Assembly (NCBI RefSeq): GCF_001194135.2
Contig: NC_068989.1
Span: forward strand, 75,858,106 to 75,910,897
Length of the DNA stretch: 52,792 nt
From: Octopus bimaculoides
Taxonomy: Eukaryota
Direction of reading: 5' to 3'
This document shows positions 37,590 through 49,678 of this stretch, one piece after another. Each line of letters starts with the position of its first letter. Position 1 is the first letter of the stretch. The position numbers and the translations under genes are program-made. The notes beneath the pieces are model-generated. The model was not told where the DNA came from. It saw only the letters and a program-made list of their open reading frames with translations, and searched no databases.

Positions 37590-38720
37590 TATTACCAGGA
37601 TGGCGACAAAGTGCAGAAGACTGGCTGGATGGATCCTGATAACGTTCAGAACTAGAGAGAAGGAAACCATGATGGTCCTCTGGAGGACATTCGTCCTCAG
37701 CCGGCTGGGATTATTGCTCCCAGCGATGGTCACCCAAAAGTGTAAAATTAACAGCGGATCTTGAAGCAATCTAGCGAAGCTTCACAAGGAAGATCGTCTT
37801 ATTGCAACAGCTCAGCTACTGGGAAAAGCTGAAACAGCTAAGATTCTATTCCTTGGAGCAAAAGCGGGAGAGGTGTGCAGTAATATACATTTGGAAGATC
37901 CTGGAGGAATTGTGCCAAATTTTGACATTGAGAGCTACACAAATGCCAGAACGGGCCGACTCTGTACAGTGCCGAAGGTCCCAGAAATGCCATCGCGCCT
38001 CAGGACCAGTTACTGCAACAGCGTGGGTTTCAGGGACCCATAGCTTTTCAATATTCTCTCAAAGAGCCTGAGTGTCCTACACAAAGTGGATGTAGGGGTT
38101 TTCAAACCAAAACTGTACTTCTTCCTGTCGAGAGTCCCAGATGAACCAACCTCACAGCAAGAGTTGCTCCCAGCTATGGTCACCAACCAGTGTCAAATTA
38201 ATTGCAGAACTTGAGGCAATCCAATGAAGCTACACGAAGCCTCTATGCAGCATATAAGCTATGGGAAAGACTCAAGAGATTAAGACCCTATTCCTTAGAG
38301 TGTAGGCGAGAAAGATATGCCATAATATACATCTGGAAGATCCTAGATGGGCTTGTCCCAAACTTTGGCATTGAGAGTTACACTAATGCTAGAACAGTGC
38401 GCCGCTGCATAGTGCCAAGGTCTCCAAAATTGCCGTCAAGATATAGGACTAAATATTGCAACAGCCTGGGCTTTACAGGACCACAACTCTTCGATATCCT
38501 CCCGAAGGATCTGAGAGACCTACGCGGGGTGGATGTAGGTGTTTTCAAAACGAAACTGGACCTCTTACTGTCAAGTGTCCCAGATGAACCAACTTCACAG
38601 CAGGATGTGTAAATGAGGCTAGCGGCAGCAAACTCCCTCATGTACTAGATGTCAATTTGTAAAAAGAATTAGTGAAGTAAAATTATGTAGCAATACCAAA
38701 TGGCGGTGCCCCAGTATGAC
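37590..38720 (+). mobile_element. Two CR1-clade 3' ends in direct tandem (about 37590-38160 and 38161-38720)
   Basis: Each encodes WSP..LEA.Q..LSYWE(K/R)LK.L..YSLE..RERYA+IYIWKIL..NSLGF.GP..VDVGVFK.KL..VPDEPT. Confidence 0.88.
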
Positions 38721-39387
38721 CACACCTCATGAGGTGAAACTAGATCAAATCAAATCATATATACATATNNNNNNNNNNNNNNNNNNNNNNNATATATATG
38801 TATATAAATGTGTGTGTGTGTGTGTGTGTGTGCAGCTGCGTTTGTCTGTACCCGCACTGCTTGGAAACCAACATTGGTTTGTTAATGACACTCATAACTT
38901 AGCGGCCGGCTCAGCAAAACGGACTGATAGAAGACTATGTCCCAGACTTAGAAAAATAATTAGCGGGATCGATTTGCTTGGCTAAACCCTTGAAAGCCCA
39001 TCGTGACGCAAGTAAAATAAACGAAAAACGGAAAAGATAAAGAACATGTTCTCAATTCTCCAATAGCTGTGTTAGAAAGTAATATATTCAGAAAGGAGAA
39101 ACAGTGAGTTTGTAAGTTTATAAGATCATGGATCATGGATTATTGCGTGTTAGATATAATTTATTTACTTTCGACATTATGGATTTTATGTTATCGTTTC
39201 ACCGAAATGAACTTTTGCTTCTGTTAGTCTTGCTTGATGAATAAAATAAGTAAAGCAATAAAACGTTATTGATACGATGATACACCTTCCATGGAAACCA
39301 AATAAATGTTATGACCTTGTTATGAAATCAATGTTTAGAAAAAAATATTATGTAGAATATTATGGAGTGGCTGTGTGGTAAGTAGCA

Positions 39388-39570
39388 AGGCGCAGGAGTG
39401 GCTGTGTGGTAAGTAGCTTGCTTACCAATCACATGGTTCCGGGTTCAGTCCCACTGCGTGGCATCTTGGGCAAGTGTCTTCTACTATAGCCTCGGCGCCG
39501 ACCAAAGCCTTGTGAGTGGATTTGGTAGACGGAAACTGAAAGAAGCCCGTCGTATATATGTATATATATG

Positions 39571-39603
<33 letters not shown>

Positions 39604-39805
39604 TTGTGTGTCTGTGTTTGTCCCCCTAGCATTGCTTGACAACCGATGCTGGTGTGTTTATGTCCCCGTAACTTAGCGGTTCGGCAAAAGAGACCGATAG
39701 AATAAGTACCAGGTTTACAAAGAATAAGTCCCGGGGTCGATTTGCTCGACTAAAGGAGGTGCTCCAGCATGGCCGCAGTCAAATGACTGAAACAAGTAAA
39801 AGAGT
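39388..39805 (+). mobile_element. SINE family A, youngest-looking full-length copy
   Basis: A-box-like tggctgtgtgg, B-box-like ggttcagtccc, central (TA/TG) tract, and tail ending gactgaaacaagtaaaag. Confidence 0.92.
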
Positions 39806-40285
39806 AGTATTTATGTAAGTAATAATGGTTTTCTTTTTAGTTATTAAATACGTGATAGTTTTTCTACAATTGCTTCATATACTTAACCCATATATGCCCA
39901 TAAAAAAAATGTCACTGTATTGGATTAAACGTTATGGTAAGCTTTCACAATCTGGAAGAGAAGGACAGTAGCTGTTAGCTACGGATGTCGACTACCTACT
40001 GAACATTTCGTATGCTCAGTCAGACGCTTCTCGGCGACTTCGTATACAAACAAGTAGGAGCAGGTTTTGCGTTGCGAAAACGCAGCCAGGGTTATATATG
40101 ACAGTGGTTCCCAATTGTGATCCATTTGAATCTTAGGAGTCATAAGAGAATTCAGGTTTTGGGGTTCACGCTAGCAAAATAGTAAATTGGGTATTTTAAG
40201 GGTCCATGAAAAATGTTGATTAAGGTGTATTTATAGCAAGAAGCAGCTAGGTTTCTTTCTTTAATGTTATACATAGTTTAACGTG

Positions 40286-40432
40286 TTTCTGGCCATAATT
40301 CCGCCGAGGTCGACTTTGCCTTTCATCCTTTCGGGGTCGATTAAAAAAGTTCCAGTTACGCTCTGGGGTCGACGTAATCGACCTAATCCCCTCCTACAAG
40401 CTGCCCTTGTGGCAAAATTTTGAAATTAATGT
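40286..40432 (+). mobile_element. SINE family B, 5'-truncated
   Basis: aattccgccgaggtcgactttgcctttcatcctttcggggtcgat. Confidence 0.85.
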
Positions 40433-40680
40433 TTCTGGCTACAGAAGCATGGTCTCTCAAAGAGTACTTGTAGAGACATACACAAGTTAACGTGTGAAAA
40501 GCAAAGCAGGAATTTTGAAAGAAGTGCCTATAAAACTAGTTTTTAAACATCGAGTGGATATGGGTGGGGGGAGTCCACCAGAATGTAATAGTAATGAAAG
40601 GTTAAACTGCTGCCTTAAGGAGGTAAAACAAAAGACAAACAAGACACGTGGGCTATTTCAAGAGAATTCTTTCAATGATT

Positions 40681-40712
<32 letters not shown>

Positions 40713-40979
40713 ATTATGGCCTTTGCTTTTCTTTTCTCTTCTCTTTCCACTGTTCACCTACATTCCAAAGAAGGACAGTGTCCGAAATGTGATTCTTTCC
40801 ACTGTCAAGCAAAAAATTCTGTTCGTGAAGCTGTCCCATCTAACTAATTTTTACTATTTGCTTTTCATTTTTTCTCTCTCACTCTCTCTTGTCTCTCTCT
40901 TCTCTCCTTTTCTCTCTCTTCTCTCCTCTTTTCTCTCTCGCTCTCTGTCTATTTATCTGTCAAATTATACCGAAAGCAA

Positions 40980-41200
40980 AAATTCCGCTTGACCGGACAG
41001 GTCGCAAGGTTCACAGACAGCAGGTGTGGTCTCCAACAGTTGCCGACTCGTATCCAAAAGATCGGAAAAGGCCACTTGGAAGTCCTCCATGACGAAGGCG
41101 AGGAGATTGAGTTAGACCAATTTGAGTCAAGATAGAAAAGACTGGCGCAATCAAGAGAAAATTGGAAGCGTATTGTGACCAGCATCTGACGTTCTGGTCG
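40980..41200 (+). mobile_element. RTE-clade LINE 3' fragment
   Basis: YPKDRKRPLGSPP and AQSRENWKRIV match the RTE ORF2 C-terminal KRxxGRPxxRW and AQxRxxW motifs. Confidence 0.6.
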
Positions 41201-41332
41201 AATTGTGATACTTTCATATATATNNNNNNNNNNNNNNNNNNNNNNNNNNNNNNNNNNNNNNNNNNNNNNNNNNNNNNNNNNNNNNNNNNNNNNNNNNNNN
41301 NNNNNNNNNNNNNNNNNNNNNNNNNNNNNNNN

Positions 41333-41657
41333 CCCCAGGACTTATTCTTTGGAAGCCTAGTTCTTATTCTATCGGTCTCTTTTGCCGAACCGCTAAGTTA
41401 CGGGGACATAAATACACCACCATCGGTTGTCAAGCGATGTTGGGGGGATAAACACAGACATACAAACACATACACACATATATACATATATACGACAGGC
41501 TTCTTTCAGTTTCCGTCTACCAAATCCACTCACAAGGCTTTGGTCGGCCCGAGGCTATAGTAGAAGACACTTGCCCAAGATGCCACGCAGTGGGACTGAA
41601 CCCGGGACTATGTGGTTGGTAAGCAAGCTACTTACCACACAGCCACTCCTACGCCTA
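41333..41657 (-). mobile_element. SINE family A, cut by a gap
   Basis: Near-identical reverse complement of 39388-39735. Confidence 0.92.
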
Positions 41658-41949
41658 TTATATATATATATACACACGCACAATTATAAATAAGGGCAAA
41701 AGAAAAAAATATCTATGCCAACATGCTGAATCTCGAGCCAGACAGAAAGAAGAAAGATGTAGGTGTTCATTTGATCAATTAACTCTTTGTAGTCATTGTT
41801 GCCAACTCAGATTAGCCGTCGCTAAATTATCACAAAATTCTGATTTTCATCGAATGTTAATAGTTAAAGGCGAGAGCAAGGAAAAAGAAAATGCTAAGTA
41901 CTTGTTCCCAAGGGAGCATGTTCTGACTTGAGAGGATTCAATAAATGAG

Positions 41950-42260
41950 CACAGGAATGGCTGTGAGGTTAAGAAGCTCGCTTTGTAGCCACATAGTTTC
42001 GGGTTCAATTCATCTGCACTGCGCCTTGCACTAGTGTTTTCTCCTATAGCCTCAGGCCGACCAATATCTTGTGAGTAAAAGTGGGTAGACGGAAATTGTA
42101 TGGAAACCTGTTGTATATAAGTTTGTGTGTTGGTTTGTTTACTTGCATCTTACCTAGCGGCTCGGTAAAAGTTTTGGAAATAATGGAAGTAAATACTGGG
42201 ATCCTTCAATGCGGTGTCCCCGCATGACGACAGTCCAATGACTAAAACAATTAAAGAGAA
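41950..42260 (+). mobile_element. SINE family A, degenerate
   Basis: gcacaggaatggctgtgaggttaagaagc..gggtagacggaaattg..gcatgacgacagtccaatgactaaaac. Confidence 0.7.
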
Positions 42261-42616
42261 AGTCCCGGGTTGACAGGAAATTGAAGTGGATATGAGGGTG
42301 AATGAATCGGCTTTAATGAGAAATGGCACAATGTCATTTCAGAAGAGTTCAGAAGAGAAGATAATATTGGTATTGCATTATATGCGATGAAAGATGTTTG
42401 AAAGTGAAGGAATCCTCGAAAATCCTTGTGAATTGAAGGTTTATTTATGGATTAAATAGTGATTTCTGTGTTTTCTTCTTTTTCAATATAAATTCAGATG
42501 AACGTTAATTTGTTTTCAAGAAATGGTAAAAAAAGAAAAAAAGAAAAATAGTGTAAACGTGTCTAACGGAAGAATGCTGTCAGGTGTGTTAGAAACATCG
42601 CAATAAACCTATAAGT

Positions 42617-43074
42617 CATTCATGGGCAACCTGCAGCCTACGGGGGTTTCTGAATGGCACACCTAAGGAAAAATTATCATTTCTTTTTTCAGTAGTGTAG
42701 TCCGCCCGATGATAAGTCATGCTTCATGCAGCCCGCTTCTCTGGAAAGTTTGCCCATATGTCTGCTCTACGTAACCAGTAGATCTGCTAAAAATAGCAGT
42801 CGAATATACCTAGTATCATTAGATATATGAAGGGGTCGTCATGGATAGTGTTATTTACTCTATTTTGCTAAAAAATCGAAAGGGCACTAAAGTAAACTGA
42901 AATAAGGAAATGCTTACACCTGTATTGGGTAAATTGCGGCCCGCTGGACTTCTTGAATGGCACACCAAACGAAAATTACCTTGAATTTTTTGTAGTTGTG
43001 TTGCCTGTTTGATGATGAACTATGTTACGTGCGGCACGTTTCTCGAAAAAGTTTCCACCCCACCCCCGTGTCTG
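42617..43074 (+). mobile_element. Two related hAT-type MITEs (about 42617-42764 and 42917-43074)
   Basis: atgggcaa/ttgcccat TIR core; shared tgaatggcacacc..gaaaatta interior and tgtctgct end. Confidence 0.55.
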
Positions 43075-43329
43075 CTATAGATAGTAAACTTTTAATTTGA
43101 ATAAGCTCACCAGCTGTTATGACCTAGGACTGATATAATAATTGTTTTGAGATTAGCTGGTCTTTGTTGTACGGTTTTGAGTCTGTGGATCACAAGTGTG
43201 GTCACTGTGAGAGGTCAATGGAACTAGTAGTACGGACATAGCAATTGTAGACAGTGGGATGACCTTCAGCGCTTTTGTTGCTGTTTGATGTATGTAAGTA
43301 GTGTGTGTTTGCATGTGTGGGTATATGAG

Positions 43330-43588
43330 TCTCTATGTGTATGAGTGTGATTAGGGTGTGTGTGTATGTGTGTGTGTGTGATTGTGCTTAAGTAAATGTG
43401 TGTGAGATAGTGTGCTTGTGAGATAGAAAGCAGGAAAAGAGAGAGGTAAAGAGGGTAAGAGAAAGAGAGAGTGGCGAGAGAATGAGAATAAAAGAGAGAC
43501 ATATAAAGAGGAAAAGAGTGACGGAGAGAAAGAGAAAGACAGATTGAGACAGGGGGAGTGGTGAGACAAGGAGATTGAAAGAGAGTGA

Positions 43589-43653
<65 letters not shown>

Positions 43654-43800
43654 TGACAGATTAGGAGAGAAAGAAAATCAGAAAGAGAGACATAGAGAGA
43701 AGGGGAGAAATAGATAGATAGATAAATAGATAAGGAGAGGAAAAAGGAGAAAGAGGAGGGAGAGAAGGGAAGAGAGAGAAGGAGAGAGAGAGAGAGAGAG
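43330..43800. repeat. (TG)n then (GA)n-rich low-complexity tract
   Basis: Direct reading. Confidence 0.85.
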
Positions 43801-44091
43801 AGGCACCACATTAACTTGCTACGCTCATAAACACCTTAAAGCAATAATACAATGAAAAGATAATCGTTCTAGTGTATATAAAAAAGTCTCACGTCAGCAA
43901 CATGCTATAACCACTGGTCCATATATTTGCTATTTATTTTACCTACCACCTCTATAACTGGTTCAGTTTTCTAGATATAACCCACTGCACATCTAATTCA
44001 CCTTAATATACTCCTCTCTCTTTCTCTCTGTATCTCTGTTCTTCGTCTTTTCTCTTGTCTCTGTTTTACTGTATGTTTCTCTTTCTACGCA

Positions 44092-44131
<40 letters not shown>

Positions 44132-44254
44132 CAGGGTTTCCACAAAGTCTGGGTACATGGGATTGACACATACTTCAAGAAATTATTTCTTATATTTAAT
44201 TGTTTATGTCATGATTTTATTTACTCCATGTACCCAGACTTTGTGGACACCCTG
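44132..44254. mobile_element. 123-bp Tc1/mariner-type MITE
   Basis: 29-bp TIR cagggtttccacaaagtctgggtacatgg / ccatgtacccagactttgtggacaccctg (1 mismatch); TA on both sides. Confidence 0.9.
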
Positions 44255-45589
44255 TATATCTCACTCTCTCTCTTCTCCTCTCTCTCTACTCCTCTCTCTC
44301 TGCTCCTCTCTCTCTCTCACTCAGTTGCTTTCTCCCTCACACACCTCTCACCTTCACCAAGATCCCGTATTAAACATATTACTCATTTTCTTTCCCTTGC
44401 TGAAACTTATTGGGCTTCTATTCCTATCAACAATTTGACCCGAAACTGTTCAACTTCAACGTAACCCACAACAATTTCACCAGTTTATTCATTTAACTTA
44501 TCTAACTCAAACATAATTCAGCCATTACACTACAGAATGAATCAACTCTCTTTCATTCTGAATGTAATTTATGAAGTGTCCATTGAGTTTATTAAACATT
44601 TTACACACACAAATCTAAATAGATTATATGAAAGAAATACAGGTGCGCGCATATTTACTCATTCATTTCTATAATTATTAAACGTGGAAGTCTCTACTAA
44701 TGTATGCATGCATATACGTACCTGCGTATGTGCGTATGTATGTACGTATGTATGTATGAATGTATGCATGCATGCATGTATGTATATATGTTGTGTTTTT
44801 TTTCTTTGAGTTTAATTTAAGTTCTTAAGAGAGCTCAAGCCGATTGTTAGGAAAGCAACAAGACTGAGTTTAGGGAGTTCTCGATGTTTGTAAGTATGTG
44901 GCTGAGTTGCTGTGTTGCTTGAACTATCGATGCATACACCCAAGTGTGTGCATCTATTCACATAAGAATCTCATAGACAAAATTTTTTGAATGTCTCAAA
45001 TATGTAGCAAATATACTTCACGTTGTCGTGCAGTTACTGTTTATACCTCGTTCAGAGATTTATTGCTTGTTTACACTTTTTTGAGATCAGTGAATTTTCG
45101 TCACTGCAAAAAAAGATATATGTATTTGCATTGGGAGCCCTTCGCATGTTCTCCTGGGGCTACAAGCTACAGTAGCATTCACCCTTAGGGGTTAGCCGCA
45201 TTTAAGTGGCAAATATACTTCAAGTGTTTCTAGGTTTTTGTGTAAATTTGTTGGTACGTAACCTAATGAACCTATGATGATAAGTAAAAATGAGAATTCC
45301 TAGTCAGGGCACAAGAGCTGTCAGTTCCGCATTAATTCGCCAAAAGTATTCTCCATTTTGCTTGGAATTTTCATTTTACATTTTCATATGTATGTATGTA
45401 TGTATGTATGCATGTATGCATGTATGTATGTACAAGACATTCTGTATTTTAGTGACGTCAGTAGAAATAGCCACGTTAGAATAGTGAACAATATATAATC
45501 TATATATTCGTATACAGTTGCTTTATTGAGTATAATTTGCTATTTGTCGCTTTAGAATTCCAATTCCGTCACTATATATATATATATAT

Positions 45590-45920
45590 AATGGAGAAAT
45601 TATACAAAATGTATAAAAAGATGATGAGTAAAGCACCGCGGCACAGTTTCGATTACCTGTTGTTCTCCGGAGATTTATTGCAGGAACTTCGTAGTGGCGG
45701 TTGGGGTAACAGTATTGGGGTAATAAAATAAATGGAATGAGTAAAAAATTTTATTGGGTACGACAGATGTTTCGACCCGTTCTGGGTCTCTTCGGGTACA
45801 TCAATAAAAAGTCTCACTAGAGATTTCCTGAGTTGGCTTACGTATTCTCAATTGTACTTATCATCATAGATTCATTAGGTTACGTACCAACAAATTTACA
45901 CAAAAACTTAGAAACACTTG
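45590..45920 (-). mobile_element. PLE-pLTR-like segment abutting (TA)n; its first 76 bp are also present inverted at 45222-45297
   Basis: Contains the 45750-45808 hammerhead; 45844-45920 is the reverse complement of 45222-45297 with about 4 differences. Confidence 0.6.
45750..45808 (-). ncRNA. Minimal type I hammerhead ribozyme candidate (U4C variant)
   Basis: UUUAUUG-AU-GUAC-CCGAAGA-GACCC-agaac-GGGUC-GAAA-C-aucu-G-UC|GUAC-C-CAAUAAA; perfect stem II and a bulged stem I. Confidence 0.72.
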
Positions 45921-46103
45921 GTTTCACGGAAAGAAGAACAAAAGAAACAGACACAGATTCTCCAAATCCAATAAATCAACGGCACAGCGAAGAATTAAGA
46001 CAAATATAGAAGGAAAGTGAAATGATGTGAAATAAGAAGGGTTAATATCGATATTAGTCAACTGGTTGTTTATAATAATAATTACAAATTTATGCCACGA
46101 GGA

Positions 46104-46268
46104 GGAGGGGATTAAGTCGATTACGTCGATTCCAGTGCGTAACTGGTACACCGAAAGGATGAAAGGCAAAGTCGACCTCGGCGGAATTTGAACTCAGAAC
46201 GTAGCAGCTAAGCACTTTGCTAAGCATTTCGCCCGGTGTACTAACGATTCTGCCAGCTCGCCGCCTTA
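46104..46268 (-). mobile_element. SINE family B
   Basis: gggattaagtcgattacgtcg..gaaaggatgaaaggcaaagtcgacctcggcggaatttgaactcag..gccagctcgcc. Confidence 0.9.
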
Positions 46269-46304
46269 TGGTTCTCTCTCTCTTTTTTTATTCTTTTTTA
46301 TTTG

Positions 46305-46469
46305 TTTCGGTCATTCGACTGCGGCCATGCTGGAGCACCACCTTTAGTCGAACATATCGACCCCTGGACTAATTCTTTGTAAGCCTAGTACTTATTCTAT
46401 CGGTCTCTTTCGCCGAACTGCTAAGTTACGGGTACGTAAACACACCAGCATCGGTTGTCAAGCGATGTT

Positions 46470-46505
<36 letters not shown>

Positions 46506-46680
46506 ACTCACACATACGACGGGTTTCTTTCAGTTTCCGTCTACCAAAATCCACTCACAAGGCTTTGGTCACCCGAAGCCACAGTAGAAAACACTTGCCA
46601 AAGGTGCCACGCAGTGGGACTGAACACGGAACCATGTGGTTGGTAAGTAAGCTACTTCCCACACAGTTACACCTCCGCCT
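46305..46680 (-). mobile_element. SINE family A, full-length
   Basis: Reverse complement of the family A consensus with a central (CA)n tract. Confidence 0.9.
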
Positions 46681-46724
46681 GTAATAATAATAATCTTTTC
46701 TACTCTAGGCACAAGCCACGAAGT

Positions 46725-46995
46725 TTTAGGGGAAGGGACCAGTCAATTAGATCGACCCCAGTACGCAACTGGTACTTAATGGTTTCAAGTTTTTACCACA
46801 AGGGCAGCTTGTGGGAGGGGATTAAGTCGATTATTCGACTCCAGTGCGTAACTGATACTTATTTAATCGACCCCCAAAAGGATGAAACGCAAAATCGACC
46901 TCGGCGAAATTTGAACTCAGAACGTAGCGGCAGACAAAATACCGCTAAGCATTTCGCCCAGCGTGTGAACGATTCTGCTAGTTCAGCGCCTTATG
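46725..46995 (-). mobile_element. SINE family B full copy (46815-46995) plus a 3' fragment (46725-46778)
   Basis: Core and head motifs as in the other family B copies. Confidence 0.85.
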
Positions 46996-47004
46996 GTTGT
47001 TTAT

Positions 47005-47036
47005 AACAACAACAACAACAAAACAACAACAACAAC

Positions 47037-47101
<65 letters not shown>
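47005..47101. repeat. (AAC)n/(AAT)n microsatellite
   Basis: Direct reading. Confidence 0.95.
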
Positions 47102-47606
47102 GTGCTCATGGGAACTACCCATATCCTACGTAAAATACTGTCTGTGATCTCAAATTTTAAAACAAACATAATTTTCTTATGGTTTCTTAAACATTCTTTA
47201 GAACAACACTATGTAGAAATCCAAATATATGGTACCTTAGGCATAACACCTACATGAACTTCTAACTTGTTGTCTCTTGAGGTCTCTGGGTAAGACTTGG
47301 ATCCAACTTGTACAAATGCAAAGCAAAAGTCAAACATAAAATAATAATAATAATAATATGCCCTGATGCAGAAAACTGGAAAACATCAAGTATTTCGTGT
47401 TAGAAATAAGTGACAGATACCTCAGAGTACAGTGAACTTATATTTTCGTTCAAATATATATATTGATTAGACATCTCTGAACGAAAATATACGGGATAAT
47501 ATGTTAAGAGGTTAAAAAGAATTTTACATTTACAGAGTGAACTTGTTGCTGCTGTTTAAATCTATGCCTGCATTCTCTCGAGCAACCATGGTCACTTATA
47601 CTCAAT

Positions 47607-47992
47607 GTTGTTGTTGACACTCCGTCGCTTACGACGTCGAGGGTTCCAGTTGATCCGATCAACGGAACAGCCTGCTCGTGAAATTAACGTGCAAGTGGCT
47701 GAGCACTCCACAGACATGTGTACCCTTAACGTAATTCTCGAGGATATTCAGCGTGACACAGTGTGACAAGGTTGACCCTTTGAATTACAGGCACAACAGA
47801 AACAGGAAGTAAGAGTGACAGAAAGTTGTGGTGAAAGAGTACAGCAGTGTTCGTTACCAACCCTGCCGGAGCCTCGTGGAGCTTTAGGTGTTTTCGCTCA
47901 ATAAACATTCACAATGCCCGGTCTGCGAATCGAAACCGCGATCCTATGACCGTGAGTCCGCTGCCCTAACCACTGGGCCATTGCGCCTCCAC
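47607..47992 (-). mobile_element. SINE family C, full-length
   Basis: tRNA-like head gtggaggcgcaatggcccagtggttagggcagcggactc..ggtttcgattc; (AAC)n tail. Confidence 0.92.
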
Positions 47993-48164
47993 TCTTACAC
48001 TCAATATACTCAGGACTACGTTATGTTTTAAAGGCATTAGAGAAATCTGGCAGCAGTTTCTTACGTAACATGTAACTAAGTGATCACCAATTTGCGATGG
48101 TATGAGTCTTGTTTAAACGCAAAGTTGTAGCTATAGGATACCTTTTATATCTTTATCTTTCACT

Positions 48165-48580
48165 TGTTCCTGTAGTTAGATTACTGCCATGCTGGGGCAC
48201 TGCGTTGAAGAATTTTTATTCAAATGAATCGACCCCCTGTACCTTTTTTTATTTTAAAGCCTGGTATTTACTCTATCGATCTGTTTTGCCGAACCGCTAA
48301 TAATGGGGGCGTAAACACATCAATAGCCGTTGTCAAATGGTGGGGGAGGGGAAAACTCAGACACACGCACACACACGCACACACATACACTCACACACTC
48401 ACACACACACACACACACGATGGGCTTCTTTCAGTTTCTCTCTATCAAATCCACTCACAAGGCTTTGATCAGCCCGAGACTATATAAGAAGACACTTGGC
48501 CAAGTTGCCACGAAGTGGGACTGAACCCGGAACCATATGTTTAGGAAGCAAGCTTTTTACGACACAACCACGCCTTCGCC
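48165..48580 (-). mobile_element. SINE family A, full-length
   Basis: gccatgctggggcac..gccgaaccgctaa..(CA)n..gtgggactgaacccggaacc. Confidence 0.88.
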
Positions 48581-48717
48581 TATATACTTACAACTAAATA
48601 AAAGTTGTTGCTGTTGTTGTTGTTTAGCGCTATGTTATCCCTGACCAATCATTTCTAAGAAAGAAATTCCAATCGGAGCCACCCTTTATCATTAGACAAT
48701 ACATGTATTTTTTTTTA

Positions 48718-49130
48718 AGACGGCGAGCTGGCAGAAACGTTAGCACGTCGGGGGAAATGCTGAGTTCAAATTCCGCCGAGGTCGACGTTGCCTTTCATCC
48801 TTTCGGGGTCGATAAATTAAGTACCAGTTACGCACTGGGGTCGATGCAATCGACCTAATCCCTTTGTCTGTCCTTGTTTGTCCCCTCTATGTTTAACCCC
48901 TTGTGGGCAATAAAGAAATAAGGAACGTTAGCAGGCCGGGCGAAATGCTTAACGATATTTCGTCTGTCTTTACGTTCTGAGTTCAAATTCCGCCGACGTC
49001 GACTTTGTCTTTCATCCTATAGGGGTCGCTAAATTAAGTACCAGTGGCGTACTGAGGTCGATTCAATCAACTGGGCGCCCTCCCCCAAAATTTCGGGCCT
49101 TGTGTCTAGAGTAGAAAAGAATACATGTAT
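48718..49130 (+). mobile_element. Two tandem SINE family B copies (about 48718-48918 and 48920-49130)
   Basis: ggcgagctggcagaaacgttagc head and core; the first copy has the ttgtcccctctatgttt..gcaataaagaaat tail. Confidence 0.9.
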
Positions 49131-49678
49131 TCTTTTCCTTGACGTTAGCATGTGAATTTATGGATATTTGGCAGCTATTTCTAATAGGCGGTACTACTCT
49201 AGTTAACTTATAATGCACACCTTTAGATTAAGTGTGAGGATGGTTATTGATGAAACCACAAAACAGAGTTGTGGAGATGATACATCTTCAGCGCAAGCAA
49301 CCAGTGACAAATCGGAGAAAAGTTATTAGTTCTCGATATTATCGTATGTTGGAAAGTTTAGCTACGTCTACTTTCAACAGTTAGGCGTTTACTCTTTTTA
49401 CTTGCACTATGGCAATGTCGGGGCGCCGCTTTGCACTGATTAATCGATTAAATAGACATCAGCATTTAAGGTGGGATTGAATTTTGGCTCTTTATTTATT
49501 AGTGCCTTTTGTGCAAACCACTCGGTGGTCGGTGGCAAAGACGTAAACAGATTAATACAAATATCAAGTGGCGACAGACAGACACATACACATACGCGCG
49601 AACACAAACACACACAAATGCATACACAAACACAATCACACACACACACACATAGCATCCACACATATGTAATATATG

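Noticed and set aside
40770-40847. Short Cys-containing frame GQCPKCDSFHC after a pyrimidine tract
   Set aside because: Equally plausible splice readings exist on the opposite strand, and it is too short to call.
47920-47992. tRNA-like sequences (also 9900-9976 and 39388-39455)
   Set aside because: They are SINE heads continuing into repeated bodies, not tRNA genes.
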